This document shows positions 10,763-22,231 of a stretch of 64,000 bases of DNA, in pieces. How positions within the stretch are numbered: position 1 is the stretch's first letter; the number at the start of each line of letters is the position of its first letter. Location: NCBI GenBank assembly GCA_045612485.1, contig JAZKZE010000121.1, forward strand, positions 7,337-71,336. The letters run 5' to 3'. The translations under genes were made by a program, and so were the position numbers. The notes under the pieces were generated by a model that saw only the letters and a list, made by a program, of their open reading frames with translations, searched no databases and had not been told where the DNA came from. Origin of the DNA: Victivallales bacterium (GTDB lineage: Bacteria; Verrucomicrobiota; Lentisphaeria; Victivallales; UBA1829).

Positions 10763-11097
10763 GCTTAATAAAATACATCATACTTTGCAGAATTTCAAGG
10801 GGATTTGTTTTACTTGCACCCGAAGAAAAATAAACTTGTAAAATCCGCCTCAAAGTTATATATTAATGTGTGCTTGTTTTACATAAAAAAGTCCGTTTTT
10901 ATGCAGGAAGATATCTGTTCAAAACTGCCGGGGATAAAATAAACCGGTTCCAGCAGCTTTGAATTTTACCTCCAGATATGTTATTAAACAACATTTTTCT
11001 GTATTTAAATATACTTTTTTTTATATTTCAACACAATAAAATACATGCCCGCAGCGTTATAAGGCAAGGTTATTTTAATTTTTTAAAGGGGAATACC

Positions 11098-11865
11098 GTG
11101 CATCCAAGACACAAAAAAATTCTGGATATGCTTGAAAGCGGCCGTCTTGTCATACGGGAAGCGGCTCTGGCTCTCGGCGTAACGGAAATGACACTGCGAA
11201 GAGATCTGCGTTATCTAGAAGGTCAGGGCAGTCTGCTGCAAGTACGCAATGGTGCTGTTCTTTCTCCCGCAAGATATGAACCCGAAAAAAATGAAAGAGA
11301 AGATTTTGAACGGAAATTTCTTCTTGCAGAAGCTCTTTACAAACGTATTCTCCCGGCGGAAACCCTGTTTATCAGTACAGGAAGCACCACTTTGGCATTT
11401 GCAAAACTTATTGCACGGCAGAATACGTTGCCCATGACAGTGATCACCAATTCCCTTTCTGTAGCTTCCGCCCTCTTCAAAACCCATTGTCATGTGATCC
11501 TTCTCGGCGGGGAATTGAGATCCACCTCTCTGGATCTGGTGGGGCCTGTGGCGGAACGGAATATTGCAGATTATCATGTGGATTATCTGATTTCCGGTTG
11601 CGATGCGGCATCTTCCGATTACGGTTTTTACACTTCCGACATGAATTTATCCAATCTAGAAAAAAAATCCATCCATATTGCTGATAAAACAGCTGTGATC
11701 ACAACAAGTTTCAAATTCGGGAAAAAAGCCCTTACCAGATTTGCCTCAAGGGAGGAAGTGGATATTCTTGTTACAGACGAAGAACTTTCTGAAAAAGACA
11801 GCGAAAATCTTTCCCCCTTCATGGAGATCGTCAAAGTAAAAGTACCACCCCGGGAAAAAGGATAA
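11098..11865 (+). CDS. DeoR-family transcriptional regulator
   Basis: wHTH KKILDMLESGRLVIREAALALGVTEMTLRRDLRYLE followed by a DeoR C-terminal sugar-binding-like domain. GTG at 11098 follows a purine-rich AAAGGGGA. The track start at 10978 adds an implausible AT-rich leader. Confidence 0.85.
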   Translation: MHPRHKKILDMLESGRLVIREAALALGVTEMTLRRDLRYLEGQGSLLQVRNGAVLSPARYEPEKNEREDFERKFLLAEALYKRILPAETLFISTGSTTLAFAKLIARQNTLPMTVITNSLSVASALFKTHCHVILLGGELRSTSLDLVGPVAERNIADYHVDYLISGCDAASSDYGFYTSDMNLSNLEKKSIHIADKTAVITTSFKFGKKALTRFASREEVDILVTDEELSEKDSENLSPFMEIVKVKVPPREKG

Positions 11866-11889
11866 CCGAAATAAAAGAGAAAAATAAAG

Positions 11890-12321
11890 ATGGAAACAAA
11901 AGAAAATACAGAAGAAAGACTGATACGTCTTAAAGAATATCTCAATAAGTACGATGTCTTTGCGGCAGGGATAGGCGCGGAAATCGTAGAGATCGCTCCC
12001 GGATATGCAAGAGCGGTAATGGATATAACCGCTTCCCACATGAATGCGGCAGGAGTGGTACAGGGCGGAGCCATCTTTACCCTGGCGGATTTTGCTTTTG
12101 CCGGAGCCGGTAATTCCTTCGGACCGCGCGCTACAGCTATGAATATATCCATTACCTACATGCGCCCCGGAACAGGTACAAAACTTGTTGCAGAGGCAAA
12201 AGAAGTCAGCCATGGAAGAAGAACGTGCCTTTTTGATGTACTTGTTACAGACGATCAGGGCAGAAAAGTAGCCAAACTTATGATCAATGGTTTCCTTTTT
12301 GAAGGGGAAACTGTTGTATAA
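11890..12321 (+). CDS. PaaI-type hotdog-fold thioesterase
   Basis: 143 aa. NAAGVVQGGAIFTLADFAFAGA matches the PaaI/YigI family core. Confidence 0.8.
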   Translation: METKENTEERLIRLKEYLNKYDVFAAGIGAEIVEIAPGYARAVMDITASHMNAAGVVQGGAIFTLADFAFAGAGNSFGPRATAMNISITYMRPGTGTKLVAEAKEVSHGRRTCLFDVLVTDDQGRKVAKLMINGFLFEGETVV

Positions 12322-12459
12322 AAATCAACAGCAGTACAATAAAAATACAGAAACAGAAGTAATTTCAAAAGTCATTCAAAAAAATTCAAAGCAGATGCAC
12401 TTTCAGATTTTTGAGAAGTTTTGAAATTAGCTCAAACAATCAAAAAAAGGAGGTTTGTT

Positions 12460-12966
12460 ATGCCGGATATCAAAGGAGTCCTTCAGGACGAGATCAAACG
12501 GCTTGCCAAACGGGAAATCAAAGCAGCTACAGCTCCGCTGCTGAAAAACATCATGGAACTCAAACGCAAAGTTACTGCACTTGAACGGGCACTTGCCCTT
12601 TCTGAAAAAGAGACCGCCAAAGTAAAAACTGCGGCTGAAGTTCCTGTTGAAAAAGCGGAAGGATCTCAGGCAAAACCCCGGGCGGAAAAAGAGAAAAAAA
12701 GCCGTTTCAACGGTAAAAAAATCATCCGTCTCAGAAAAAGACTTCATCTTTCCCAGGCAGAACTTGCCGAACTTGTAGGAGTAAATATGTTCTCCGTCAG
12801 CCATTGGGAACTTGGAAAAAACCTTCCCAGACAGGCACAGCAGGATAAACTTGAAGAACTGCGTCAGCTCCCCCGCAAAGCATTGCAGGAAAGACTTGCC
12901 CCCATCCGTGCCGGCATCAGGGAAAAGAAGGCATTGAATAAAAAGTCGAAAGAAGAAGTAAAATAA
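12460..12966 (+). CDS. XRE-family HTH protein with an N-terminal coiled-coil/basic region
   Basis: ATG at 12460 follows AAGGAGG. The HTH_3 segment LRKRLHLSQAELAELVGVNMFSVSHWELGKNLP lies in the C-terminal half. The N-terminus is Lys/Glu-rich and helical. Confidence 0.75.
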   Translation: MPDIKGVLQDEIKRLAKREIKAATAPLLKNIMELKRKVTALERALALSEKETAKVKTAAEVPVEKAEGSQAKPRAEKEKKSRFNGKKIIRLRKRLHLSQAELAELVGVNMFSVSHWELGKNLPRQAQQDKLEELRQLPRKALQERLAPIRAGIREKKALNKKSKEEVK

Positions 12967-12992
12967 TATTTCCTCTTTATATTCTATCATTA

Positions 12993-13029
12993 AAAAGGGA
13001 AAAGGAGTGAAACCTTTTCCCTTTTTTTA
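12993..13029. terminator. Bidirectional intrinsic terminator between convergent genes
   Basis: Perfect 9-bp stem, gggaaaagg (12998-13006) with ccttttccc (13014-13022), flanked by A5 upstream and T7 downstream, so it can work on both strands. Confidence 0.75.
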
Positions 13030-13055
13030 TAACGTTTCACCAAGAAATGATTTCT

Positions 13056-13919
13056 TTATTTTTTCAATTCACGGATCTTTTCTCCGATAAGATGACGGCA
13101 ATAGGCATCCACGGTCATTTTATTCTTCTGAGCTTCTTTATACAAAACTGCATGATCGTCCATAGAAATGCGGTATTTGGGAGAATTCCACATATTGAGT
13201 ATGGGAGCCATGGAAGGAATCTTTTTCCATGCGGGAATAAAAGATTCCACTTTCTTCTTATCCATCCCCAGTGTCTCCAGAATGGCACAGGCAAGAAACA
13301 TATTGCCATAGCCGTTCAAATGGACTTTATCAATGGTCAGCTGATTGCCTTTGTCCGCAGGGATCCTGTTTGATGCAATGACTGCCCGCATTTTTTTCTG
13401 CCAATCCACAAGGGGAATATTTTTTTCTTTTGCAATATTACGGACAGTTTGTGCATATTTTTCCAGTTTCACATTATTGGCAAAGGTTGGCTCTTCCGTA
13501 TGCATTGTGGGAGTAACAAGAACCATACGGGCTCCGGCTTTTTCGCATCGTGCAACGATTTCACGGATATTTTTCTCATATTGGGGCAATTCCACACCTT
13601 TTTTCGCCCAGGAAACATCATTGACCCCCACCTGTAAAATTACAATGGAAGGCTTTTTTGCAAGAAATTTATCCAATCTTGCAAGAATACTGTTGGAACG
13701 GTCACCGCCGACACCTCCGGGAATATATTTGAGATTCTTTACTCCCTCAGCCTTCAATGCCCTCATCACCAGCAGAATAAAACCATATTCCCTGTTGGCG
13801 AACTGGGTAAGGGAATCACCCAGGAATCCGATATTATCCCCGTTCTTTACAATAAGAGATGCCCCGCTTGCCATAAAGGAAATGGAAAGCATGAAAAGTA
13901 AAATCATGATTTTTTTCAT
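13056..13919 (-). CDS. Secreted SGNH/GDSL hydrolase
   Basis: Signal peptide MKKIMILLFMLSISFMASGA, block I GDSLT, block III GVND and block V DKVHLN (DxxH). Confidence 0.85.
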   Translation of the reverse strand: MKKIMILLFMLSISFMASGASLIVKNGDNIGFLGDSLTQFANREYGFILLVMRALKAEGVKNLKYIPGGVGGDRSNSILARLDKFLAKKPSIVILQVGVNDVSWAKKGVELPQYEKNIREIVARCEKAGARMVLVTPTMHTEEPTFANNVKLEKYAQTVRNIAKEKNIPLVDWQKKMRAVIASNRIPADKGNQLTIDKVHLNGYGNMFLACAILETLGMDKKKVESFIPAWKKIPSMAPILNMWNSPKYRISMDDHAVLYKEAQKNKMTVDAYCRHLIGEKIRELKK

Positions 13920-13948
13920 TATATTGTCCTTTCAGAGTTCTGAGCGGT

Positions 13949-13985
13949 AAAAAGGGGAAGAAAAATCCGCCGATCTTTCCTCCCC
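13949..13985 (-). terminator. Intrinsic terminator after the oxidoreductase gene
   Basis: 10-bp stem with one mismatch (13954-13963 with 13976-13985), 12-nt loop, and a T5 run on the minus strand (13949-13953). Confidence 0.5.
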
Positions 13986-14015
13986 CGTATTTCATCTGCT
14001 CATCAGAAAAACTTT

Positions 14016-15011
14016 TTATTCTTCCGGTCCGTAATGGATATCGGAAAGATTCTGCAATCTCAAAGTGGATTCAGTAACGGAGAGGAAGTCCTCTGTACCC
14101 CATTCCCCCTTATTTCCCTCAGCATCCGCCAGGAAAGAAGTATAATAGTCCAGCATGGGTTCACTTGCAGGATAATTCTTACCTTCCCCGCCATTGACCA
14201 GGTAGGCTGTTACACCTTCACTTGTGGAATGGAAATCAAGCACACCCTTTTCCCCCCAGATACGGAACTGCCAGTAGTAAGGTGTCTTGCATCCTGCGGG
14301 AGAAGCATAGGAAACGTCAAAAATCACGCCGCAGCCGTCATCCATAACATACATTCCCTGGGCGGAATCCTTGAAATTGGGAGCAAGTGTGGCATAAGCA
14401 TTCCAGGCTCTTGCAGCACAAAGATCCTTGATTTTGTGTCCGGTAAGGTATTCTGTAAGGTCGGTACCGTGAATGGCAATATCATTGATGGTTCCGCCGT
14501 GTTTGCCGGATTCAAAATACCAGGCGGGACGGCTGCCCCAGGAAAGAGGATGCTGACCGGTAAACTGGATCTGATGGATCCTGCCGATAAGCCCTTCATC
14601 AATAAGTTTTTTGGCTGTTGCAACATTCTTATTGCTTCTCATATCCAGCATAACACCGACAGCAAGATTTTTCTCTTTTGCAAGAGAACGGATCTTCTGC
14701 AATTCATCCAGAGAGGTGCAGAGAGGTTTGTCAGAGATCACATGTTTACCGGCTTTCAGACCGGCAATGGCTCTTTCCCCCCTGATTCCATAATAATCTC
14801 CAATGCAGAGGATGTCAAAATCCACTTCTTCCAGCATTTCAGCATAGTCAGTATGAGTGATATGACGACCGGATTTCTCCACGGCAGCCGCTGCATCTGC
14901 ATTCTCCTCGCAAAGAGCGACGATCTCAATTTGGGGATCCTCTGCCATCCGTTTGTAAAGAGATTCTACGTGACCGTGACGAAAACCGACAAAAGCTACT
15001 TTGTGTTTCAT
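14016..15011 (-). CDS. Gfo/Idh/MocA-family NAD(P)-dependent oxidoreductase
   Basis: 331 aa with an N-terminal Rossmann start KVAFVGFRHGH, the GKHVISDKP motif and a C-terminal alpha/beta domain. Confidence 0.85.
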   Translation of the reverse strand: MKHKVAFVGFRHGHVESLYKRMAEDPQIEIVALCEENADAAAAVEKSGRHITHTDYAEMLEEVDFDILCIGDYYGIRGERAIAGLKAGKHVISDKPLCTSLDELQKIRSLAKEKNLAVGVMLDMRSNKNVATAKKLIDEGLIGRIHQIQFTGQHPLSWGSRPAWYFESGKHGGTINDIAIHGTDLTEYLTGHKIKDLCAARAWNAYATLAPNFKDSAQGMYVMDDGCGVIFDVSYASPAGCKTPYYWQFRIWGEKGVLDFHSTSEGVTAYLVNGGEGKNYPASEPMLDYYTSFLADAEGNKGEWGTEDFLSVTESTLRLQNLSDIHYGPEE

Positions 15012-15031
15012 ATTATTCCTTATAAATAAAA

Positions 15032-15058
15032 TAAATAAAAATCCCCCATACCGGGGGA
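15032..15058 (-). terminator. Intrinsic terminator after the nitroreductase gene
   Basis: The tccccc/ggggga stem (15042-15058) is followed on the minus strand by tttttatttat. Confidence 0.5.
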
Positions 15059-15078
15059 AATGTGAAAATCTGACAAAA

Positions 15079-15699
15079 TTACCGGGGAATACCTACAGCA
15101 TGCCCAAGCACCGGATAAAAACTTTTGGCAAGCCCCAGTTCCTTACGGATCTGTTCCCCCTTGTCTGCCGCACCGCCGATAGCAACGGTACCAAGCCCGG
15201 CAGAAGCACAGTAAAGATAGATATTCTGACTTACATATCCGCTGTCAATATCAGAATAATGGATCTTCTTATCCATGGCTTTCATCCTGCTCTGTCTGGA
15301 TGTATCCGAAGCAATGATAAGGGTCAGGGGGGCAGCAAAACGGGGAGCGGCAAGTTTCCGCAAATCTTTTTTATTGATCTCAACAAGAATATTTTTTGCT
15401 GCATCATAACGGAAAGTACCCTTTTTCAGGAAAACAAATAGCGTGATCTCCTGCGCATTGACCGCAGTAGGGGCAGTTCTCTTACCGTCAGGACGGTTCA
15501 CACCGCAGGCAGCCCACAGGAGATTGGAGATCTGCTGCAAAGAAAGTTCCTTATCCTGATATTTGCGGATCGTCTTTCTGCTGTTCAATGCCTCCATCAA
15601 ACTCATACCGCCCTTTTTCTGCGGAGCAGGCAATCGGATGTCAGCTGCAAGCGTGAAAAGAAATGAAAATGCCAGAAGCGAAAACAATACTTTTTTCAT
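15079..15699 (-). CDS. Nitroreductase-family protein with a signal peptide
   Basis: Start chosen at MKKVLFSLLAFSFLFTLAA (15699). RKTIRKY, LLWAACGVN and a nitroreductase-fold pattern follow. The track start at 15804 overlaps the rpsS terminator. Confidence 0.8.
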   Translation of the reverse strand: MKKVLFSLLAFSFLFTLAADIRLPAPQKKGGMSLMEALNSRKTIRKYQDKELSLQQISNLLWAACGVNRPDGKRTAPTAVNAQEITLFVFLKKGTFRYDAAKNILVEINKKDLRKLAAPRFAAPLTLIIASDTSRQSRMKAMDKKIHYSDIDSGYVSQNIYLYCASAGLGTVAIGGAADKGEQIRKELGLAKSFYPVLGHAVGIPR

Positions 15700-15802
15700 A
15701 AGTGATCTCCCGTTTATTATTGTTGTTATATTGCGGTAATAAACCTCTTTTATACAATATAGCAAACAAAAAGAAAAAAGCAAGTTACTCAATGAAAAAA
15801 AC

Positions 15803-15832
15803 AAAAAAAACGCCGCAAAATGCGGCGTTTTC
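15803..15832 (-). terminator. Intrinsic terminator straight after rpsS
   Basis: Stem cgccgca (15811-15817) with tgcggcg (15821-15827), extended by A:T pairs, followed on the minus strand by a T8 run (15803-15810). Confidence 0.75.
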
Positions 15833-15854
15833 CGAAAGAAATCCGGATAAAGAC

Positions 15855-16133
15855 TTACACAGTCTTACCGGAGATGACTCCGTGACCCTTGAATGTACGG
15901 GTGGGGGCAAATTCGCCAAGTCTGTGTCCGACCATATTTTCGGTCACAAAAACAGTAACGAAGGTTTTGCCGTTATGCACATTGAAGGTGTGTCCCACAA
16001 AATCGGGAATGATCATGGAACGGCGGGACCAGGTCTTGATGGGCTTCTTGGCTCCACCGGCTTTTTCCATTCTCTCGACTTTTTCGACCACATGATAGTC
16101 CACAAAAGGACCTTTTTTGATTGATCTTGTCAT
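15855..16133 (-). CDS. rpsS: 30S ribosomal protein S19
   Basis: [19 protein letters not shown]...[10 protein letters not shown]...GHRLGEF. Confidence 0.97.
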   Translation of the reverse strand: MTRSIKKGPFVDYHVVEKVERMEKAGGAKKPIKTWSRRSMIIPDFVGHTFNVHNGKTFVTVFVTENMVGHRLGEFAPTRTFKGHGVISGKTV

Positions 16134-16135
16134 GA

Positions 16136-16969
16136 TTACTTCTTCCTTCTGCGTTCAACGATAAATCTACCGCTGGGTTTCTTGGGATGACGGGTAAGTT
16201 TACCTTTAGCAAGCTGACCCCAGGGAGATACAGGATGTCCGCCCCCGGAAGATCTGCCTTCGCCCCCGCCCATGGGATGGTCCACAGGGTTCTGAACAAC
16301 ACCGCGGACGTGAGGACGGAAACCAAGATAACGTTTTTTACCGGCTTTACCCAGAGAGGTATTCATGTAATCCAGATTGCCGATCTGACCGATGGTGGCA
16401 CGGCATTCCAGATTGATCTTGCGGACTTCTCCGGAGGGCAGTTTCACCTGAGCATAGTCGCCGTCTTTGGAACGCAGAGTAGCGACCTGACCGGCGGAAC
16501 GGGCAAGAATACCGCCTTTACCGGGCATAAGCTCGACGTTGTGGATCTCAATACCATCAGGAATGTTCTTGAGTTTGAGAGTGTTGCCGGGCTTGATCTC
16601 AGCTTTTTCAGAGGAGATCACAGTCTGACCAACAGTCAGACCATGGGGAGCAAGGATGTAGGACTTCACGCCGTCTTCATACTGCACCAGGGCGATGAAG
16701 GCAGAACGGTTGGGGTCGTACTCGATGCTCTGCACGGTGGCAGGTACATCCACTTTGTTGCGTTTGAAGTCGATCAAACGGTAGGAGCGTTTATTTCCTC
16801 CCCCGCGGAAACGGACCGTGACACGGCCCATATTGTTACGTCCACCGGTGGATTTTTTCCCTTTGGTAAGGGATTTTTCCGGGGATTTGCGGGTAAGGAT
16901 CTCGGAATAATCGACCACAGAAGTCATACGGAGACTTTTTGTGGTGGGTTTATAAGTTTTAATAGCCAT
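16136..16969 (-). CDS. rplB: 50S ribosomal protein L2
   Basis: 277 aa with an [10 protein letters not shown] start and the GGGEGR...HPVSPWG motif. Confidence 0.98.
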   Translation of the reverse strand: MAIKTYKPTTKSLRMTSVVDYSEILTRKSPEKSLTKGKKSTGGRNNMGRVTVRFRGGGNKRSYRLIDFKRNKVDVPATVQSIEYDPNRSAFIALVQYEDGVKSYILAPHGLTVGQTVISSEKAEIKPGNTLKLKNIPDGIEIHNVELMPGKGGILARSAGQVATLRSKDGDYAQVKLPSGEVRKINLECRATIGQIGNLDYMNTSLGKAGKKRYLGFRPHVRGVVQNPVDHPMGGGEGRSSGGGHPVSPWGQLAKGKLTRHPKKPSGRFIVERRRKK

Positions 16970-16980
16970 TATTGATCTCC

Positions 16981-17289
16981 TTACGCAATATCAATGGAAC
17001 CTTCGGCAAGGGAAACGATCGCTTTCTTCCAGTCGGAACGTTTGCCGGGAATAGGGGATCTGCCGGAGCGTTTGGTTTTGCCTGTGTAGTTCATGATGTT
17101 GACACTCTTCACCTTGACACCCGCATAGATGGCTTCCACAGCGGCAGCAATCTGCAGCTTGTTGGCTCTGGGAGAGACCTTGAAAGCATACTGGTTGAGT
17201 TCTTTGAGAAGCGTACCCTTTTCAGTGGTCATCATAAACTCGATGATTTCATACGGACTTGTTTTTGCCATTTTCGTACTCCTGATCAT
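16981..17289 (-). CDS. rplW: 50S ribosomal protein L23
   Basis: 102 aa; an L23-like sequence at the expected position between rplD and rplB. Confidence 0.93.
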   Translation of the reverse strand: MIRSTKMAKTSPYEIIEFMMTTEKGTLLKELNQYAFKVSPRANKLQIAAAVEAIYAGVKVKSVNIMNYTGKTKRSGRSPIPGKRSDWKKAIVSLAEGSIDIA

Positions 17290-17933
17290 GCGAGCCGCTT
17301 GACAAACGCGTCAAGTGCTTCTTTGGTGAAAAGAATCTTGTCGGCATCAAGCACATGGAAAGTGTTGACGGAAGAAACATGGAGCATACCGGCGTTGGCG
17401 ATATTGCTTACAGCAAGGATGCTGTTCACATCATAATCATTGATGAGAATAAGAATCTTTGCGGGTTTCTTTTTGTTGTCTCCGAAAAGGTTCATGCTCT
17501 TGAGAGCAGCAACTGCACCCTTGGTCTTGGGTTCGGCAAATTCAAATTTGTCAACCACGACCACACTGTTTTCATCAATACGTTCAGTGAAGGAACGCTT
17601 GAGAGCAAGCTTTCTCACTTTGGCATTGAGCTTCATGGAATAATCCCGGGGTTTGGGTCCGAAGGAGTGACCCCCGTGACGCCAGACAGGGTTACGGGTA
17701 CTTCCGGCACGGGCACGACCTCCGCCTTTCTGCTTGAAGGGCTTCTTGCCGCTGCCGCTGACTTCGCCGCGGGTCTTCACATCGGCTGTTCCGGCACGCA
17801 TTGCTGCACGGAACGCCACTACTGCGTCATGAACGGCCTGTTCGCCCTTTACGGACTCGAGGCAGCAATCGTCGATGGTGTAATCGCCGACTTTGACGCC
17901 CTGCATATTGATTATATCAATTGTTTTGGACAT
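17286..17933 (-). CDS. rplD: 50S ribosomal protein L4
   Basis: 215 aa with the KQKGGGRARAGS...WRHGG motif. It overlaps the rplW start by 4 nt. Confidence 0.96.
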   Translation of the reverse strand: MSKTIDIINMQGVKVGDYTIDDCCLESVKGEQAVHDAVVAFRAAMRAGTADVKTRGEVSGSGKKPFKQKGGGRARAGSTRNPVWRHGGHSFGPKPRDYSMKLNAKVRKLALKRSFTERIDENSVVVVDKFEFAEPKTKGAVAALKSMNLFGDNKKKPAKILILINDYDVNSILAVSNIANAGMLHVSSVNTFHVLDADKILFTKEALDAFVKRLA

Positions 17934-17951
17934 TTTTTCACCTGTACAGCG

Positions 17952-18575
17952 TTATTTCTTTTTTGCTTTTTTGACGATAATGGTACCGCCGTTGGGACCG
18001 GGAACTGCACCGCGGACAAAGAGGAAGTTGTCTTCCACTTTCACAAGACGCAGATTCTGCACTGTTCTGTTGGCATTACCCAACTGACCGGGCATCTTTT
18101 TACCCTTCATGATGTTACCGGGTTTTTCACGGCAACCGATTGAACCGGGCTTACGATGCCAGCCGCCGCCGTGTCCGTCACGTCCGCCGCCGAAGTGGTG
18201 TCTTTTCATTACACCGGCAAAACCTTTACCTTTGGTGACTCCGGACACATCCAGAAATTCACCGGCAGCAAAGATGTCAGCCTTCATGACAGAACCGAGT
18301 TCCGCAACAGGATCTTCATCAGCGCGGAATTCCTTGATCACGGCAGGAGGATTGTCCTGAACGCCGGCTTTCGCCACGTTACCGAGAACGGCTTTGGAGG
18401 TGTTTTTCACCTTCTTGGTGCCGAATCCCACCTGCAGGGCGGAATAACCGTCCTTTTCCATTGTTTTCACGCCAACCACCACACAGGGGCCGGCTTCGAT
18501 CACTGTGACCGGCACAAGCACGCCTTCTTCATAGACCTGCGTCATACCGATCTTTTTTCCGATCAAACCTTTCAT
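17952..18575 (-). CDS. rplC: 50S ribosomal protein L3
   Basis: MKGLIGKKIGMTQV start at 18575 with AAGGAG 5 nt upstream. The track start at 18593 adds 6 aa. Confidence 0.96.
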   Translation of the reverse strand: MKGLIGKKIGMTQVYEEGVLVPVTVIEAGPCVVVGVKTMEKDGYSALQVGFGTKKVKNTSKAVLGNVAKAGVQDNPPAVIKEFRADEDPVAELGSVMKADIFAAGEFLDVSGVTKGKGFAGVMKRHHFGGGRDGHGGGWHRKPGSIGCREKPGNIMKGKKMPGQLGNANRTVQNLRLVKVEDNFLFVRGAVPGPNGGTIIVKKAKKK

Positions 18576-18658
18576 TTTTCTCCTTTCCGGCACATACCCT
18601 TTCGGAAATAAGGGGCCTTGGTGCCGATTCCTGCTTTTATAGGCAGAACTGATATTTA

Positions 18659-18994
18659 TCAGTTACCGACTTTGATTGTGATTCCCACACCGGCAGGCAG
18701 GTTGAGCTTTTTAAGCTCGTCCACAGTCTTGGCGGTCGGTTTGATGATGTCCAGCAGTCTCTTGTGAGTGCGGATCTCAAACTGATCCATGGACTTTTTG
18801 TCCACGTGGGGTGAACGGTTCACAGTCATGCGCTCAATCCGGGTTTTCAGCGGAATGGGGCCGACGACGATAGAACCGGTGCGTTTTGCCGTATTGAGGA
18901 TCTCTGCCACAGACTGGTCAAGGATCCCATGCTCATAAGCCTGAAGCTTGATACGGATCTTCTGAGCAGTTTTCTGAGCTGTTCTCGTTGTCAT
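18659..18994 (-). CDS. rpsJ: 30S ribosomal protein S10
   Basis: [12 protein letters not shown]...RSPHVDKKS core. Its ATG overlaps the fusA stop as ATGA (18994-18991). It has about 9 extra N-terminal residues compared with typical S10. Confidence 0.95.
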   Translation of the reverse strand: MTTRTAQKTAQKIRIKLQAYEHGILDQSVAEILNTAKRTGSIVVGPIPLKTRIERMTVNRSPHVDKKSMDQFEIRTHKRLLDIIKPTAKTVDELKKLNLPAGVGITIKVGN

Positions 18995-21108
18995 TTTGCT
19001 TGTTTCTCCACAATTTTATCTTGAATTACATTTGGTACCTTTTCAAAGGAGAAGGGCTCCATTGTATAGGAAGCACGACCCTTGGTCAGAGAGCGGATGG
19101 CTGTAGCATATCCGAAAAGTTCGGAAAGGGGAACCTGTGCGGTAATGCGTACAGTGTTGTCCTGAGTATCCACTTCCATGATAGATCCGCGGCGGCTGGT
19201 CACGTCACCGATGACGTCACCCATGTTTTCTTCGGGAGCAGTCACTTCAACCTTCATGATAGGTTCAAGCAGGCAGAGACCGGCTTTGCGGGCTGCATCT
19301 TTCAATCCCATGGAGGCTGCCACTTTAAACGCCATTTCGGAGGAGTCAACAGGGTGATAGCTTCCGTCCATGATGTCGATGTGGAAGTCGGTGCAGGGAT
19401 AACCGGCAAGAATACCAGTCTGGGCAGCTTCACGGATACCCTGTTCGATGGGCTTGATAAATTCTTTGGGAATGTTACCGCCAACGACTTTGTTTTCGAT
19501 GGTGATACCATGACCTCTTTCTTTCACGTAGAGGTTCATGATAACATGACCGTACTGACCGCGTCCACCGGACTGACGGACAAACTTGGAGTCAGCATTG
19601 GAATCTTTCATCACAGTTTCGCGGTAAGCAACTTCAGGCTGACCGGAGTTGCAATCTACTTTGAACTCTCTGCGGAGACGGTCCATGATGATGTCAAGGT
19701 GCAACTCACCCATACCGGAGATAATGGTCTGACCGGTTTCGGTATCGCTCTTGATGGTAAAGGTGGGGTCTTCATCGGAAAGTGCGCCAAGTGCATTGTA
19801 AAGTTTATCACGATCCTGGGAGGTTTTGGGTTCCACAGCGATAGAGATAACAGGTTCGGGGAAGTGCATGGATTCCAGAGCGATGGGAGCAGATTCGTCA
19901 CAGAGAGTATCACCGGTGGTGATGTTCTTGAGACCCACAGCTGCTGCGATATCGCCGCAGAACACTTCTTCACGTTCTTCACGATGGTTTGCGTGCATCT
20001 GGATCAGACGGCCCAGACGTTCACGTTTACGGGTACGGGGATTATACACGGTCACGCCGCGGATAGCTTCACCGGAGTAAACACGGAAGTACACAAGACG
20101 ACCGACGAAGGGGTCAGACATAACTTTGAATGCAAGAGCAGCAAAGGGTTTGTCATCGCCAACAGTACGGACTTCTTCTTTTTCAGTATCAGGATTGATA
20201 CCTTTGGTTTCCCAGATATCAACGGGAGAGGGAAGGTAATCAATAACAGCATCAAGAAGAACCTGCACACCTTTGTTCTTGAAAGCTGTTCCGCAGAATA
20301 CAGGAACAATGCTTCCGGCGAGTACGGCTTTACGCAGGGCATCTTTGACCATTTCGGTGGGAGGCATTTCATCGCCAAGATAGATTTCCATGACGGCATC
20401 ATCTACTTCAGCAACACATTCCACCAGGAAGGAACGGGCTTCTTTCAGAGCATCAACGTAATCTTCGGGAACTTCTTCAATACGGATAACTTCCCCGTTG
20501 TCGCCGTCGAAGTACACTGCTTTTTCGTTCAATACGTCAACAACACCCTTGAACTGGGCTTCAGCACCCATAGGAATTACCATGGGAACAGCGTTGGCTC
20601 TGAGTTTTTTGCGCATATCTGCAACAACTTTGTCAAAATTGGCACCGGTACGGTCCATTTTATTCACAAAGGCAATGATAGGCACAGAATATTTTTTGGC
20701 CTGGCGCCAAACAGTTTCAGTCTGGGGCTGAACACCACCCACAGAGCAGAACACTGCAACAGCTCCGTCGAGCACGCGCAGAGAACGTTCCACTTCCGCA
20801 GTGAAGTCTACGTGGCCGGGAGTGTCGATAAGATTGATACGATGCTGCTTCCAGAAGCATGTGGTAGCAGCAGATGTGATGGTAATACCGCGTTCCTGTT
20901 CCTGAGCCATCCAGTCCATGGTGGCAGAACCTTCGTGTGTTTCACCGATCTTGTGATTCACACCGGTATAGAAAAGGATACGTTCGGAAAGAGTGGTCTT
21001 GCCGGCGTCGATGTGAGCCATGATCCCGATATTACGGGTTTCAGCAAGATGCGCTTTGCGCTTTTCTGACTCTTTATAGTCAATATTCAACTGTTTTGTC
21101 GGTGTCAT
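18991..21108 (-). CDS. fusA: Elongation factor G
   Basis: 705 aa with G1 [10 protein letters not shown]3 DTPGHVDF and G4 NKMD motifs and the full five-domain length. Confidence 0.98.
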   Translation of the reverse strand: MTPTKQLNIDYKESEKRKAHLAETRNIGIMAHIDAGKTTLSERILFYTGVNHKIGETHEGSATMDWMAQEQERGITITSAATTCFWKQHRINLIDTPGHVDFTAEVERSLRVLDGAVAVFCSVGGVQPQTETVWRQAKKYSVPIIAFVNKMDRTGANFDKVVADMRKKLRANAVPMVIPMGAEAQFKGVVDVLNEKAVYFDGDNGEVIRIEEVPEDYVDALKEARSFLVECVAEVDDAVMEIYLGDEMPPTEMVKDALRKAVLAGSIVPVFCGTAFKNKGVQVLLDAVIDYLPSPVDIWETKGINPDTEKEEVRTVGDDKPFAALAFKVMSDPFVGRLVYFRVYSGEAIRGVTVYNPRTRKRERLGRLIQMHANHREEREEVFCGDIAAAVGLKNITTGDTLCDESAPIALESMHFPEPVISIAVEPKTSQDRDKLYNALGALSDEDPTFTIKSDTETGQTIISGMGELHLDIIMDRLRREFKVDCNSGQPEVAYRETVMKDSNADSKFVRQSGGRGQYGHVIMNLYVKERGHGITIENKVVGGNIPKEFIKPIEQGIREAAQTGILAGYPCTDFHIDIMDGSYHPVDSSEMAFKVAASMGLKDAARKAGLCLLEPIMKVEVTAPEENMGDVIGDVTSRRGSIMEVDTQDNTVRITAQVPLSELFGYATAIRSLTKGRASYTMEPFSFEKVPNVIQDKIVEKQAK

Positions 21109-21129
21109 AAAGCTGTCCTGTACTCTTTA

Positions 21130-21600
21130 TTACCATCTGTAATGAGCAAAAGCCTTATTGGCCTGTGCCATTTTGTGGGTATCATCTTTCTTCTTGATAG
21201 ATGCACCGGTATTATCAAAAGCATCAAGAAGTTCAGATGCGAGGGCTTCCATCATGGATTTTCCCTTTTTTGCCTGGGAATAGGTAGCGATCCAGCGCAT
21301 AGCAAGGGCAACCTGACGTTCTGCGGGAACTTCAAGAGGAACCTGATAAGTAGCACCACCAACGCGACGGCTCTTGACTTCCAGCTTGGGTTTGATGTTT
21401 TCCACTGCCTGAAGGAACACTTCCAGAGGCTCCATATCCTTTTTCTTGCTCTTGAGCACATCGAATGCTCCGTAAACGATCGACTGGGCAACTGTCTTTT
21501 TACCGTTGCGCATGATCGTGTTGATGAGTCTGGCGACCAATTCGCTGTTGTACTTCACATCGGGCGTCAGCTCTCTCTTTGTGATTCTGCGTCTTCTCAT
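21130..21600 (-). CDS. rpsG: 30S ribosomal protein S7
   Basis: 156 aa with a typical S7 sequence ending HYRW. Confidence 0.97.
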   Translation of the reverse strand: MRRRRITKRELTPDVKYNSELVARLINTIMRNGKKTVAQSIVYGAFDVLKSKKKDMEPLEVFLQAVENIKPKLEVKSRRVGGATYQVPLEVPAERQVALAMRWIATYSQAKKGKSMMEALASELLDAFDNTGASIKKKDDTHKMAQANKAFAHYRW

Positions 21601-21716
21601 TAGATTTTATACCTCTATTTGTTACAACATTATAACACTGTTTTCAATCCCCGGAATTTCACCGGGAAGCACTTATCCGGTCTCCACCGGATAATACAGT
21701 TATTCAGTTTTACGGT

Positions 21717-22118
21717 TTATTTTTTCTTTTTGCCTGTTTCTTCACCGGCTTTCGGAGTTTTTGCACCGTATTTGGAACGACCCTGACGGCGGCCGTCCAC
21801 TCCGAGACTGTCAAGTGCACCGCGTACTACGTGGTAACGTACACCGGGAAGGTCACGGACCCTGCCGCCCTTCACGAGAACAACACTGTGTTCCTGAAGA
21901 TTGTGGCCTTCGCCACCGATGTAGGCAGTCACTTCAATTCCATTTGTAAGACGCACGCGGGCGATCTTACGCATAGCGGAGTTCGGTTTTTTGGGAGTTC
22001 TGGTTGTCACCTGCAGGCAGACGCCACGGCGCTGCGGGCATTTGGACAGAGCCTTAGATTTGCTCTTGACCGCTTTAGAAGAGCGGCCCGATCTGACCAA
22101 CTGATTGATTGTCGGCAT
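21717..22118 (-). CDS. rpsL: 30S ribosomal protein S12
   Basis: MPTINQLVR...PKKPNSA.RK...[13 protein letters not shown]. Confidence 0.98.
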   Translation of the reverse strand: MPTINQLVRSGRSSKAVKSKSKALSKCPQRRGVCLQVTTRTPKKPNSAMRKIARVRLTNGIEVTAYIGGEGHNLQEHSVVLVKGGRVRDLPGVRYHVVRGALDSLGVDGRRQGRSKYGAKTPKAGEETGKKKK

Positions 22119-22231
22119 GTTTTTTCACCTGTTGTGTTGTTGCGGTTCTTATTTTGTTAAAATGACTATTTAATTTATCACCGTTATAACAAAAAGTCAA
22201 CCGCGGTTTCCATATTTTTTTTGGATTATTG

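Noticed and set aside
10763-11097. 335-bp AT-rich spacer between the AAA+ gene and the DeoR gene, examined for a small RNA, small ORF or repeats
   Set aside because: I saw no convincing stem-loops, repeats or RBS-preceded ORF. It is most simply a divergent promoter/operator region.
18988-21069. 693-aa ORF on the plus strand
   Set aside because: Codon-aligned antisense shadow of fusA.
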